Below are positions 38,712 through 48,602 of a stretch of DNA of 64,000 bases, one piece after another. The stretch comes from an uncultured Methanolinea sp. (lineage in GTDB: Archaea > Halobacteriota > Methanomicrobia > Methanomicrobiales > Methanospirillaceae): the NCBI GenBank assembly GCA_964431125.1, contig CAYSII010000002.1, positions 30,301-94,300 on the forward strand, read 5' to 3'. The notes beneath the pieces were generated by a model. It did not search any database and was not told the DNA's origin. It was given only the letters and a program-made list of their open reading frames with translations. The position numbers were made by a program, and so were the translations under genes. Positions within the stretch are counted from its first letter, which is position 1, and each line of letters begins with the position of its first letter.

Positions 38712-39299
38712 ATGGCATCAGTCTCCTGCACGTTCTCTCCACAATCATGGGTTTTTTCCCTTGCCGGGGGATTTATTCTCCTCTTCCTTGGACTCCTCCT
38801 CTTTATCGAGCCCGGCGTTTCCCTACGACTCGCACTCTACTCGCTTGGAGCACTCGCGCTTGTCATCGCGGTAATCTTCCTCGTGGTTGCCGCAACTCTT
38901 TCCCGCGGTGGCGGATGGCCGTTTCTCCTCCCGCTCGGAATCGGGATCCTGATGCTTCTCGTTGCCTTCGCTGCCTTTGCATGGCCCGGTCTCCTCGGGG
39001 GCATCCTTGCGACCATTGCAGGGGCGGTCTTCGTCGTGGGCGGACTCGGCATTGCAATATCCGGGTTTTTCTCCCTGGAGCCTCCCGGCCGGAGAGCACT
39101 CCTCGTTCTCGCCGGGGCGGGGCTCCTTGCAACAGGACTCCTCGTCATCTTCCGGTCGGAGATGACCGCCATACTCATCACCCGTGTGGTGGGGGTCTTC
39201 CTCATCTGCCCCGGAACGTTTCTCCTTGCACGTGCACTCCATGCATGGTGGAGGGAGAGGCATACGCTCCCAACCGACGGCCTTATTGTCCGGAGGTGA
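38712..39299 (+). CDS. HdeD/DUF308-like multi-pass membrane protein
   Basis: Six hydrophobic segments with repeated G-rich GxLxxxxGxxL pattern (LAGGFILLFLGLLLFIEP.., GILATIAGAVFVVGGLGIAISG). Confidence 0.65.
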   Translation: MASVSCTFSPQSWVFSLAGGFILLFLGLLLFIEPGVSLRLALYSLGALALVIAVIFLVVAATLSRGGGWPFLLPLGIGILMLLVAFAAFAWPGLLGGILATIAGAVFVVGGLGIAISGFFSLEPPGRRALLVLAGAGLLATGLLVIFRSEMTAILITRVVGVFLICPGTFLLARALHAWWRERHTLPTDGLIVRR

Positions 39300-39319
39300 C
39301 AGACTAAGGAGAAATATCC

Positions 39320-39404
39320 GCGAGGGTAGGCAAGCCTGGCCAAAACCGGCGGACTTAAGATCCGTTCTCGAAGGAGTCCGTGGGTTCGAATCCCACCCCT
39401 CGCA
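39320..39404 (+). tRNA. tRNA-Leu, anticodon UAA (class II, long variable arm)
   Basis: Acceptor GCGAGGG/CCCTCGC plus discriminator A. Anticodon stem GCGGA/TCCGT with loop CTTAAGA. Variable arm CTC-GAAG-GAG. T arm GTGGG-TTCGAAT-CCCAC. Confidence 0.9.
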
Positions 39405-39830
39405 TTCTTTTCCTCCATCCATCCACGAGGGGATCTTTTCTCCTGCCTGATCATCCACCCGCCCTTTTTAACCATCTCCTCCAAACAGGATGATCAGGAG
39501 GGAGATGACAATGGGATTCATCAGCCGGGTAAAACAATTCTTTGCTTCCTGCCCATTGCATCGACTGGAGATGGAGAGAGCGCGGGTTGCAGACAGGGAA
39601 GCGGAAGAGGAAGAGGGAGAGCAGGAGATCCGGGAACTGCCTATACTGGATATCATCTGATCACGGAAGGGTACCCATCCCTGATCCTCTCTTCCACCAG
39701 CCTCTCCAGCGCTCTGGCGGGGTAGTCCCTCCCGGAATTGAAGGATCCGGTGAGATATTGCTCCTGAGAGGAGATGTCCCGGTCCGGGAGACACATACAA
39801 TACAGTGCACCTCCAAATGAAAAGGGGAGA

Positions 39831-40778
39831 ATGATGCAGGAGCAGGAAAGCCGGAATACAGCGGGAACTTCGACCCTGAAGTCTGACGTATACTCTCTCC
39901 TCGAGGTAGGGCCGGCAGGAGGGAGCCGTGCAGCTTTCGCAATCGATCTCTTCCTCGTTCTCCTCATCATCGCAAACGTTGCAGCAACAGTGCTTGAGTC
40001 TGTCAGGAGCATCGCGGATGCGTTCCCGGCATTCTTTGCATCCTTCGAGACCTTTTCCATTCTCGTTTTCTCCGTGGAATACGTCCTTCGCCTCTGGGTC
40101 TGCACGGAGAATCCGGCTTTTTCCGACACTGTTTCAGGGAGGCTCCGGTATGCGGTAACGCCTCTTGCTCTCGTCGACCTCTTTGCCGTCCTGCCGTTCT
40201 ATATCCCCTTCATCATCCCCCTGGACCTGCGGTTCCTTCGTGTCCTCCGCCTGATGAGGATATTCCGGCTTTTCAAGCTGGGGCGACACTCCACTGCTCT
40301 CAAATTCGTCAAAAATGCTTTTTTAAAGGAGAAGGAGACCCTCGCTGTTGCCGGGTTTGTGCTCGTCATACTCGTGATCTTCTCATCGTGCCTGATGTAT
40401 ATACTCGAGCACGAGGCCCAGCCCGAGGCCTTCGCGAGCATCCCCCACGCGATGTGGTGGGCGATCGAGACTCTCACCACCGTTGGATACGGGGATATCT
40501 GTCCTGTTACCCCGGCAGGAAAACTCGTCGGATCGTTCATCGCGGTCCTTGGAATCGCGATGTTTGCCGTTCCAACCGGGATCCTTGCCACCGCGTTTCT
40601 CGAGGAAGTCGAGGAGAAGAAAGGAAGGGAGGGGAAGCGGGACAGGAAAGACTCTCCGCAGGAGACAATCGCACTCCTCGAACGCCTCGAGGGACTCCGG
40701 GAGCGGGGAATCCTGACAGAAGAGGAGTTTGGGGAGCAGAAGGAACAGATCCTCAGAAGGCAAAAAGGAGGCAATTGA
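39831..40778 (+). CDS. voltage-gated-type (6TM) potassium channel with C-terminal SHOCT domain
   Basis: S4-like FLRVLRLMRIFRLFKLGRH, selectivity filter TTVGYGD, and C-terminal ETIALLERLEGLRERGILTEEEFGEQKEQIL (SHOCT pattern). ATG 39831 is preceded by AAAGGGGAGA. Confidence 0.88.
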   Translation: MMQEQESRNTAGTSTLKSDVYSLLEVGPAGGSRAAFAIDLFLVLLIIANVAATVLESVRSIADAFPAFFASFETFSILVFSVEYVLRLWVCTENPAFSDTVSGRLRYAVTPLALVDLFAVLPFYIPFIIPLDLRFLRVLRLMRIFRLFKLGRHSTALKFVKNAFLKEKETLAVAGFVLVILVIFSSCLMYILEHEAQPEAFASIPHAMWWAIETLTTVGYGDICPVTPAGKLVGSFIAVLGIAMFAVPTGILATAFLEEVEEKKGREGKRDRKDSPQETIALLERLEGLRERGILTEEEFGEQKEQILRRQKGGN

Positions 40779-40806
40779 AGGCATTTCCTCACGGGAAAAA
40801 AGGGAA

Positions 40807-40813
40807 TTTTTTT
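40807..40813 (+). terminator. oligo-T tract (T7) after the K+ channel gene
   Basis: GGGAAAAAAGGGAATTTTTTTC about 30 nt after the stop. A-run/T-run weak hairpin plus T7. Confidence 0.4.
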
Positions 40814-41058
40814 CTGAACACCTATCGAAGAGCAGTCGCTGCCCCACCACGGACCATTCCTTTCATATCGTGATGCTGTGCACCAGCCGGCTCAACGGTT
40901 GGAAACAGGAGACCAGCAGGAGGAGTCCGGCCGTTTTACCTGCACCCGGGCATGGTTTTCCTCCAAAAAAACGGGGGGGTCGCCGGAAGCAGAGTCGTGC
41001 CAACCGAAATGAACAGGGTACTTGCCGGAAGAAATGCTCCCGGGGTCACCGGGCAGGG

Positions 41059-41087
41059 AAAAAACCGTTATGGCATGGCCCAAAAAA
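41059..41087 (-). terminator. two oligo-T (T6) tracts on the minus strand after the 130-aa zinc-finger ORF
   Basis: The minus strand reads GGGTTTTTTGGG and CGGTTTTTTCCC within 40 nt of the stop at 41099. Confidence 0.35.
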
Positions 41088-41098
41088 CCCGCATCGTG

Positions 41099-41491
41099 TC
41101 AGATGAGGTTTCCGTACCGGGATGCACAGGCATCCCTGTATGCCCCTTCCACGTCGGAATCAGGCGGCTCGTAATTCCGGGGAACGGAGGAGAGGATCCT
41201 CTGTATCTTCCGCGAGACCTCTTTATCTCTCCCCTGTGCAAGGGCCTCCTGGTCCCGGATGGCTGCACCGGAGTCGTGGAGTGACTCATGGCAGCCGGAG
41301 CAGAGGACAAGCAGGAACCTTTCCAGATCTGCCGGGTCGAGGCTCTCCTCCTTTTCCGTATCGCAGAAGCAGTGAATCTCGGCCGATTCTTCAGTCAGGA
41401 GACATCCGCATATCTCGCACCGGGAATTGGCCGCACGCCTGATACTGCATGCCTTTTCGGGATGGGAGAGCAGGAACCGTGAGACAGACAT
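41099..41491 (-). CDS. hypothetical Cys/His-rich protein, degenerate HNH-like zinc finger
   Basis: CEICGC..EIHCFCD..LLVLCSGCHESLH resembles the CxxC..H..N..CxxCHxxxH HNH layout, but the catalytic His-His is not evident. Confidence 0.55.
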   Translation of the reverse strand: MSVSRFLLSHPEKACSIRRAANSRCEICGCLLTEESAEIHCFCDTEKEESLDPADLERFLLVLCSGCHESLHDSGAAIRDQEALAQGRDKEVSRKIQRILSSVPRNYEPPDSDVEGAYRDACASRYGNLI

Positions 41492-41662
41492 GCAACACGT
41501 CCTCTGGTTACCCGGTAAAGCATGTTCTGGGGGATAAATGTTGGCCTGTTGCCATGAAACCAGGTCCCAAAAGCACGCGGATTAGACATCACTGGAGACA
41601 TAACAGGCTCTCCGCTCTTTCGAGGGGGGCACCGGATAAAATGAGGGGGTTTCGCCGTCCAA

Positions 41663-43282
<1,620 letters not shown>

Positions 43283-43561
43283 TCACTCCCTGACAATTTT
43301 TGCAACGACGTCCTTGAACGGGACGAACACGTACGTCTCCCTGTCGATCTCGAACGTCTCGGAGCTGTAGCCTCCGTAGAGGATGTGGTCACCGGGTTTC
43401 AGGGGGAGGGGTGTCCCGTCCTCCCGGGTGCCGACAGAGACAACTGACCCCTGCTTCCTCTGTTCCCGTGCAGTCTCAGGGATATATATTCCACTCTTTG
43501 TCCTTTCCTCTGCCTGTATCGGTTTGACAAGAACTCTTTCACCGATAGGAACAATCTCCAT
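43283..43561 (-). CDS. groS: co-chaperonin GroES/Cpn10
   Basis: IVPIGERVLVKPIQAEERTKSGIYIPETA..G.V..VG. A GGAGGTG lies 8 nt upstream. Confidence 0.93.
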   Translation of the reverse strand: MEIVPIGERVLVKPIQAEERTKSGIYIPETAREQRKQGSVVSVGTREDGTPLPLKPGDHILYGGYSSETFEIDRETYVFVPFKDVVAKIVRE

Positions 43562-43701
43562 TGTGCATTTGCACCTCCGGAAAGCATGTACAGTTCTCTT
43601 CTCAATATAAAAAAATGTATCGAATTTGTATAAATCATCTCTACAATATGGAATATATTTATATAATATTTGAACTTATTTGATATAATCAAGAGGGATC
43701 C
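43562..43701. promoter_or_regulatory. AT-rich divergent promoter region between groES and a wHTH regulator gene
   Basis: 140 bp, strongly AT-rich, with TATA-like TTTTTTTATATT (toward groES) and TTTATATAATA (toward the regulator). Inverted repeat GTGCA-TT-TGCAC lies next to the groES start. Confidence 0.5.
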
Positions 43702-44109
43702 ATGGCACAGGTGATCGTCCTCAGATTTGAAGACCGACCGATCCCTAGCAGCGGCGAGGAGCGAGTGATTTGGTTCTGCCAGTGCCTCGGAATCGGGGAG
43801 GGACGGGATATCGATCGCGTCGCGTCCCGGATCATCATCGCTCTCCTCTCCTCCCGGGCTTGCGGAGAGGGGATTCCCGTTGAGGAGATTGCACACGAAC
43901 TGGATGTTTCGCCCTCGCGCGTGAATCACCACATCCGCAAACTGGTCCAGGCAGGAATTGTATTCCGGCAGAAGAGGAGGATTTATATCCGGGGCCGGAG
44001 CCTGAAAACACTCGTCCAGGAGATCCGGAAGGACGCTCTCCGTATCCTCGATGACCTTGAGGTTGCTGCCGGCGAGATCGACCAGGAATACGGGATACCG
44101 CGCAGGTGA
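43702..44109 (+). CDS. ArsR-like winged-helix transcriptional regulator
   Basis: IPVEEIAHELDVSPSRVNHHIRKLVQAGIVFRQKRRIYIRG is an HTH plus wing pattern. Confidence 0.75.
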   Translation: MAQVIVLRFEDRPIPSSGEERVIWFCQCLGIGEGRDIDRVASRIIIALLSSRACGEGIPVEEIAHELDVSPSRVNHHIRKLVQAGIVFRQKRRIYIRGRSLKTLVQEIRKDALRILDDLEVAAGEIDQEYGIPRR

Positions 44110-44127
44110 CAGGGAAAAAAGAGCGAG

Positions 44128-44616
44128 GTGGAGGAATTCATGGCCGAGAAGACCTATCACAGGATCCACGATATCTTCAGGAGATTGCTCGAGAACATAC
44201 AGGACATCATCGTCATTGTCATATGCATTCTCCTCTTCGGGCTGATGATCAGGATCCTCCATGGTCTCTTCGAGAGCTTTGCAGGACCGATGAACTTCCG
44301 GTTCATCGCATCTGAGCTTATTTACATCCTCGTGCTCGTGGAGATCTACCGCCTCCTCATCATCTACCTTCGCGAACACAGGATCGCTGTCGATATCATG
44401 ATAGAGGTTGGAATTGTCTCCGTACTCCGCGAAGTCATCCTGTATGGTGTCCTCGAGATCGAATCTCTCTCACTCCTTGCGATCTCTCTCTTCCTCGTTG
44501 CGCTGATGCTCCTCCTCCGGTATGGTGCTCTCCGGAAGGAGGAGGTGGAGGGAACCCCTGCAGGGAGTTTCCTCGTGGAGCTGAAACGGAGCCTCAAGCG
44601 GGAAGAGTCCCCTTAA
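44128..44616 (+). CDS. PsiE-like (phosphate-starvation-inducible E family) membrane protein
   Basis: IIVIVICILLFGLMIRIL..ELIYILVLVEIYRLLIIYLREHRI..IEVGIVSVLREVIL matches the PsiE-like 4-TM pattern. Confidence 0.65.
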   Translation: MEEFMAEKTYHRIHDIFRRLLENIQDIIVIVICILLFGLMIRILHGLFESFAGPMNFRFIASELIYILVLVEIYRLLIIYLREHRIAVDIMIEVGIVSVLREVILYGVLEIESLSLLAISLFLVALMLLLRYGALRKEEVEGTPAGSFLVELKRSLKREESP

Positions 44617-44731
44617 AAAACCCTCTCTCCCGGGAAGGGACGGTATCAGGGATTCCGGGCTCGACACAAATCCTGTTTCTTTCCCCAGCCATTCTCTAGC
44701 TTAATGAGGGAATAGGAGCCTACCTACTCTC

Positions 44732-45496
44732 ATGCACATCGAAGTCGAGGGTATCCGGGGGCTCCCGATAATCCAAAAGGGAGACGATCTCCCGGCCCTG
44801 ATTGCAGAGAGAGTAACATTTATGGACGGGGACATTCTCTGCATTGCGTCCTCGGTCTACTCCAAGGCAAAAGGATATACCCGCTGTCTCCATGATATCG
44901 TCCCCTCGGAGAGAGCAAGGAGGATTGCAGAAAAGACGCGGGAAGACCCGCGTTTCATCCAGGCGGTTCTCGATGCGTCGACCGAGGTTCTCCTCGAGTA
45001 TCCCTTCGTCCTCTCCGAGGTCGCGTGCGGCCACGTTGGCGTTCGTGCAGGTGTCGACCAGAGCAACATCGAGGATGACATGGTCATCCTCCTGCCACCG
45101 GATCCCATGGCCGCTGCCGGCGAGGTTCGGGGAGCGATAAGGGATATTACAGGGAAGTCCATCGGCGTCATCATCACGGATACATGCGGGAGATCGTTCC
45201 GGCGGGGCCAGACAGGGCACGCGGTCGGGTGGAGCGGGATCGATGCCATCAGGGACTTCCGGGGCGACACCGATCTCTTCGGGCACATCCTTCGGATCAC
45301 GGAGGAGGCCGTGGTGGACGAGATTGCCGGGTTTGCCAACTTCGTCATGGGTGAGAGCAACAACGGCGTCCCCGCAGTGGTCTTCCGCGGGTGCGGGTCG
45401 TGGAAAGGGCACAACAACCTCTACTTTTCAAGAGAGGAGGATATCACGAGGACTCTCCTCAAATGTGCACCACCGGGATCGCTCCCGCAGCCCTGA
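44732..45496 (+). CDS. cofE: coenzyme F420-0:L-glutamate ligase
   Basis: IEVEGIRGLPIIQKGDDLPALI, ASSVYSKAKG, GVDQSNI, VIITDTCGRSFRRGQTGHAVG. Confidence 0.9.
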   Translation: MHIEVEGIRGLPIIQKGDDLPALIAERVTFMDGDILCIASSVYSKAKGYTRCLHDIVPSERARRIAEKTREDPRFIQAVLDASTEVLLEYPFVLSEVACGHVGVRAGVDQSNIEDDMVILLPPDPMAAAGEVRGAIRDITGKSIGVIITDTCGRSFRRGQTGHAVGWSGIDAIRDFRGDTDLFGHILRITEEAVVDEIAGFANFVMGESNNGVPAVVFRGCGSWKGHNNLYFSREEDITRTLLKCAPPGSLPQP

Positions 45497-45736
45497 TATC
45501 TCCCGCTCCTTTTTTCATCAGTCTCTTCCACGCATATCCCGGCAGGAAGTCGAGATTTTTTCGTGCAGAGGACCAACCGATCACAGGAAAAATCAGGAAA
45601 CAGGAAAAATTGTCGTAGCAAAGGGATGGACCGGGGCTGTTCTTCGGGGGCTTTCCCCTCTCACCCCCTCCGTCAGATGGCAGGAGAGGCATGCCTGATG
45701 GGGGAAATGGACAGGGGCATCCCGTTTTGTTCCTTC

Positions 45737-45916
45737 TCAATACACCTTTCCCTTCAGGAACCCCAGAGTCCCGGTCGCAAAGAAGAATGTCCCAAAGACG
45801 ATTGCAAAATAATCGATCAGGCTGGGTTCCATGACAAGTTCAATTCCCCCGAGGAAGAGGAGCCCTGCCCCTCCTGCCATCTGGAGAAGAGGAATAATGC
45901 GGCTGATGCGATCCAT
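45737..45916 (-). CDS. small two-TM membrane protein (59 aa, below ORF-track cutoff)
   Basis: My translation is MDRISRIIPLLQMAGGAGLLFLGGIELVMEPSLIDYFAIVFGTFFFATGTLGFLKGKVY. Two hydrophobic helices, located 44 nt downstream of udg on the same strand. Confidence 0.4.
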   Translation of the reverse strand: MDRISRIIPLLQMAGGAGLLFLGGIELVMEPSLIDYFAIVFGTFFFATGTLGFLKGKVY

Positions 45917-45960
45917 GACTGGTAAACCTTCTTCCTGTACCCTTCCCCGTCGGGAAAAAT

Positions 45961-46548
45961 TTACCTTTGCTCCTTCCGGAGTGACCCGATGATCTCTGCC
46001 AGTTTCTGGAAATCCGACTCGAGTTCATGCCGGGCCGGGGGGTTGTGCGTGACGACCGCAGGGTGAAGGACAGGAAGAATGATCACTTCGTGCCCTCTCT
46101 CTCCCGCAGGCACAAAAAAGACTCTGCCCCGGACTTCCCGAAGGGATGGAAAGGGAAGATGATACATCCGGAAAAGAGCCCCTGCAGCTATCCTTCCCAT
46201 CGGGACGATCAGACGGGGAGAAAGGAGCGATATCTGCTCTTCGAGGTAGGGCATGCAGGAAGAGATCTCGGCAGGCCGGGGGGACCTGTTCCCCGGCGGC
46301 CGGCACTTTACGACACTCGTGATGAAGACCTCTTCCCGCGCAAGAGAGCATGATGCAAGGAGATCCGAGAGGATCTTTCCCGCCCGTCCCATGAAAGGTC
46401 TCCCTGTCTCGTCCTCCCTCTTCCCGGGGGCCTCCCCGATGAAAGCGCAGGAACAGGGAACAGGCCCTTCCCCCGGGACGGTATGCGTCCGGGAAGAGGC
46501 GAGGGGACAGAGAACACAGGCAGATATCCTTCCTGCCAGCTGCTCCAT
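45961..46548 (-). CDS. udg: family 4 uracil-DNA glycosylase (Fe-S type)
   Basis: CVLCPL..R, FIGEAPGKREDETGRPFMGRAG, and HPA block. The start at MEQLAGRI (46548) gives the typical roughly 195 aa. Confidence 0.88.
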   Translation of the reverse strand: MEQLAGRISACVLCPLASSRTHTVPGEGPVPCSCAFIGEAPGKREDETGRPFMGRAGKILSDLLASCSLAREEVFITSVVKCRPPGNRSPRPAEISSCMPYLEEQISLLSPRLIVPMGRIAAGALFRMYHLPFPSLREVRGRVFFVPAGERGHEVIILPVLHPAVVTHNPPARHELESDFQKLAEIIGSLRKEQR

Positions 46549-46696
46549 CTGAACGGACCGGGAAACGCCGTTCCACTCGCTTCCGGTCTCCTCCTGCAGA
46601 CGGGTTTTACTGCTCCTGTCCTGGTTCATGCCATTCATTCCGGGATACAACCCGGGCGAAAAAACTCGCAGGAACCACACTCGTCACCAGAGGCAT

Positions 46697-47524
46697 TCAT
46701 CGGGAGATGTCCTCGAGGGAGATCATCCGTGCCCTTTTTTTATAATACTGGAAGAGGTCTTCACCCCATGAAACAGCCTGGCTATCGGATGAGAACAGGT
46801 CGCACGAGCTGTCATACTGGGGGATTTCCCTCTTGAAGAGGCCGAGGGAGAGGTTCCTGTCTGTCACGGTGAGCCCAATCCGCATATCCCGTGAAGTGGC
46901 AAACACATGGAAATTTTCAGCACCGGAGAGGCTGCGCATGAATTGTTCATAGGGGTCTTTTACAAGCATCTCCACGACGTTTTCACTCACGACAAGATCG
47001 ACAGGAATCCCTTCGTTAATCTTTTCTGTCAGGAACTGGGCAAGACCCGGACTTGCCACCGATGAGAGCCCGTGGATGTAGGAGGCATCGCGGAGGATAG
47101 CGATGTAATGAGTATAGACCGAGAACATGTCCGTCGTGGTGTCATACTGGACCTCTGATGAGATGAGGTCTCCAATCCGGGCAAGAAAAAGGGGAGGTAT
47201 CCCCGAGAGGTCATGCGTCGCAAAAAAATGCTGGTGCGACCCGATTCCTCCAAGGAGGGTGACATAGCGGGATATCTCGTCGGCAACGACCTGCCCGAGC
47301 GGTGTGAGGGCATAATTGTGCCCCTTTCCCTCGACGAGAGCGAGGGCCTCGAGGTTCCGGATCTTGGGGATGAGGGCCTGCGAGGTGCTGCCGGTCACCT
47401 CCCGGAGTACCGAGAGAGGCGAGTTCTTCTCCCGGAGAACAAGAAGAGTCTGGATCTTCAGCCGGGAATTGAACAGAGAATGTATCAGCCGGTAATATTT
47501 TCCGTATATGAAGAGATCATCCAT
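46697..47524 (-). CDS. wHTH transcriptional regulator with FilR1-type (DUF1724) C-terminal domain
   Basis: N-terminal wHTH (KIQTLLVLREKNSPLSVLREVTGSTSQALIPKIRNLEALALVE) followed by a roughly 190-aa methanogen-type FilR1 middle/C domain pattern. Confidence 0.75.
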   Translation of the reverse strand: MDDLFIYGKYYRLIHSLFNSRLKIQTLLVLREKNSPLSVLREVTGSTSQALIPKIRNLEALALVEGKGHNYALTPLGQVVADEISRYVTLLGGIGSHQHFFATHDLSGIPPLFLARIGDLISSEVQYDTTTDMFSVYTHYIAILRDASYIHGLSSVASPGLAQFLTEKINEGIPVDLVVSENVVEMLVKDPYEQFMRSLSGAENFHVFATSRDMRIGLTVTDRNLSLGLFKREIPQYDSSCDLFSSDSQAVSWGEDLFQYYKKRARMISLEDISR

Positions 47525-47572
47525 GCCACCTGAATTTTCACGGGTAGGGAATATATCTCTGTTGTTTGACCC

Positions 47573-48568
47573 TCACCTCCAGAACCCGGGAACAGGCAGG
47601 GTGGAGAGGAAGGAGAGTGCCGGGGAGAGGGCGAGTCCGAGGAGTGCGATCACAATGAACTGCCCGTCAGAGAGGACATCGCAGAGAAAATTCTTATCAG
47701 TCACCCTGTTTATCAGCAGGATGCACCCATGCGAGTAGGCAAGGGACGAAGAGAGTATGACAAGGCTCACCACGCCGAGAGTCCCGATTGAAACAGCAAG
47801 GATGCAGACCCCAATGACGACGTTGAAGAAAACGAGAAGGAACTCTGTCGCGCCGGCGCCGAGAATGACGGGAACAGTCCTGATCCCTGCGGCTGCGTTA
47901 CCTCCGCTGTCACGAATATCGGGAAGAACCGATGCGATAAATGTCCATGAGAAGATGAAGAGGAACACTATCAGGGTTTCTTTTCCTGCTGGTGCCTGGG
48001 AAAGGGAAACCGGCACGAACGAGAACGAGAAACCCCAGGCAACAGATACCACGAAGTTCTTGACGAGGGGCACTTCCTTCAACCGGCGGTAACGGCACCC
48101 CCGGGGGAGAAGGGGGAGACTGTAGAAGAGACCAAAGACAAGGGGAATACCGCAGGAGACAAGTGGTAAAAGACCGTGGAATGCCGATATCCCGAGGGCA
48201 AGCGCATATGCCCCGAGAGCGCAGAAATAGAGCAGGGAACCATGTCGCGATGTGACCCGGAAACGATCGGCATGATTGAGGCTGTCTTCTGTCATGTCGG
48301 TCTTCCTGTTCAGGTTATAAACGGAGAAGACGACGAGGGAGAGGACAGCACCGCTGGCCCATGAAAAACCGATGCCCTGGAGGAGACATGAGATAAAAGC
48401 CATCCCGGCGGCTGCTGTAGCCAGAAAAAGAGAGCTGTACAGGTAGAGATTCCACAAATCCGAAATACCATTGGATATTCCTTTCCGGGATCCCGTTTTG
48501 CCGGATGTCCAGTCGTTCTGGAACCTGTATTCCATGGAAAAAAGTACCCGGAGGGGGTTCACATTCAT
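47573..48568 (-). CDS. UbiA-family prenyltransferase
   Basis: 8-9 TM helices. First Asp-rich motif NLNRKTDMTEDSLN, second region with DIRD. Confidence 0.78.
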   Translation of the reverse strand: MNVNPLRVLFSMEYRFQNDWTSGKTGSRKGISNGISDLWNLYLYSSLFLATAAAGMAFISCLLQGIGFSWASGAVLSLVVFSVYNLNRKTDMTEDSLNHADRFRVTSRHGSLLYFCALGAYALALGISAFHGLLPLVSCGIPLVFGLFYSLPLLPRGCRYRRLKEVPLVKNFVVSVAWGFSFSFVPVSLSQAPAGKETLIVFLFIFSWTFIASVLPDIRDSGGNAAAGIRTVPVILGAGATEFLLVFFNVVIGVCILAVSIGTLGVVSLVILSSSLAYSHGCILLINRVTDKNFLCDVLSDGQFIVIALLGLALSPALSFLSTLPVPGFWR

Positions 48569-48574
48569 TATGCC

Positions 48575-48602
48575 GATGAATATTCATCGCTGCGATGAAT
48601 AT
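48575..48602 (-). promoter_or_regulatory. candidate operator: three alternating ATTCATC/GATGAAT half-sites directly upstream of the UbiA gene
   Basis: Perfect 14-bp palindrome GATGAATATTCATC (48575-48588), plus a third half-site GATGAATAT (48594-48602) 5 nt away. It lies 7-34 nt from the ATG at 48568. Confidence 0.45.

Noticed and set aside
39468-39800. 110-aa minus-strand ORF, overlapping plus-strand ORFs, and a 49-codon plus ORF (39511-39660, MGFISRVKQFF..EEEEGEQEIRELPILDII)
   Set aside because: The 110-aa ORF is Ser-rich low complexity. The 49-codon ORF has an SD-like GGAGGGAG upstream but no recognisable features. Evidence is insufficient to call a gene, so the region is left as intergenic between the tRNA and the K+ channel.
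39320-39830. tRNA-Leu as an integration site for a mobile element
   Set aside because: No integrase or recombinase gene is present, no direct repeat of the tRNA 3' half was seen downstream, and the flanking genes have ordinary composition.
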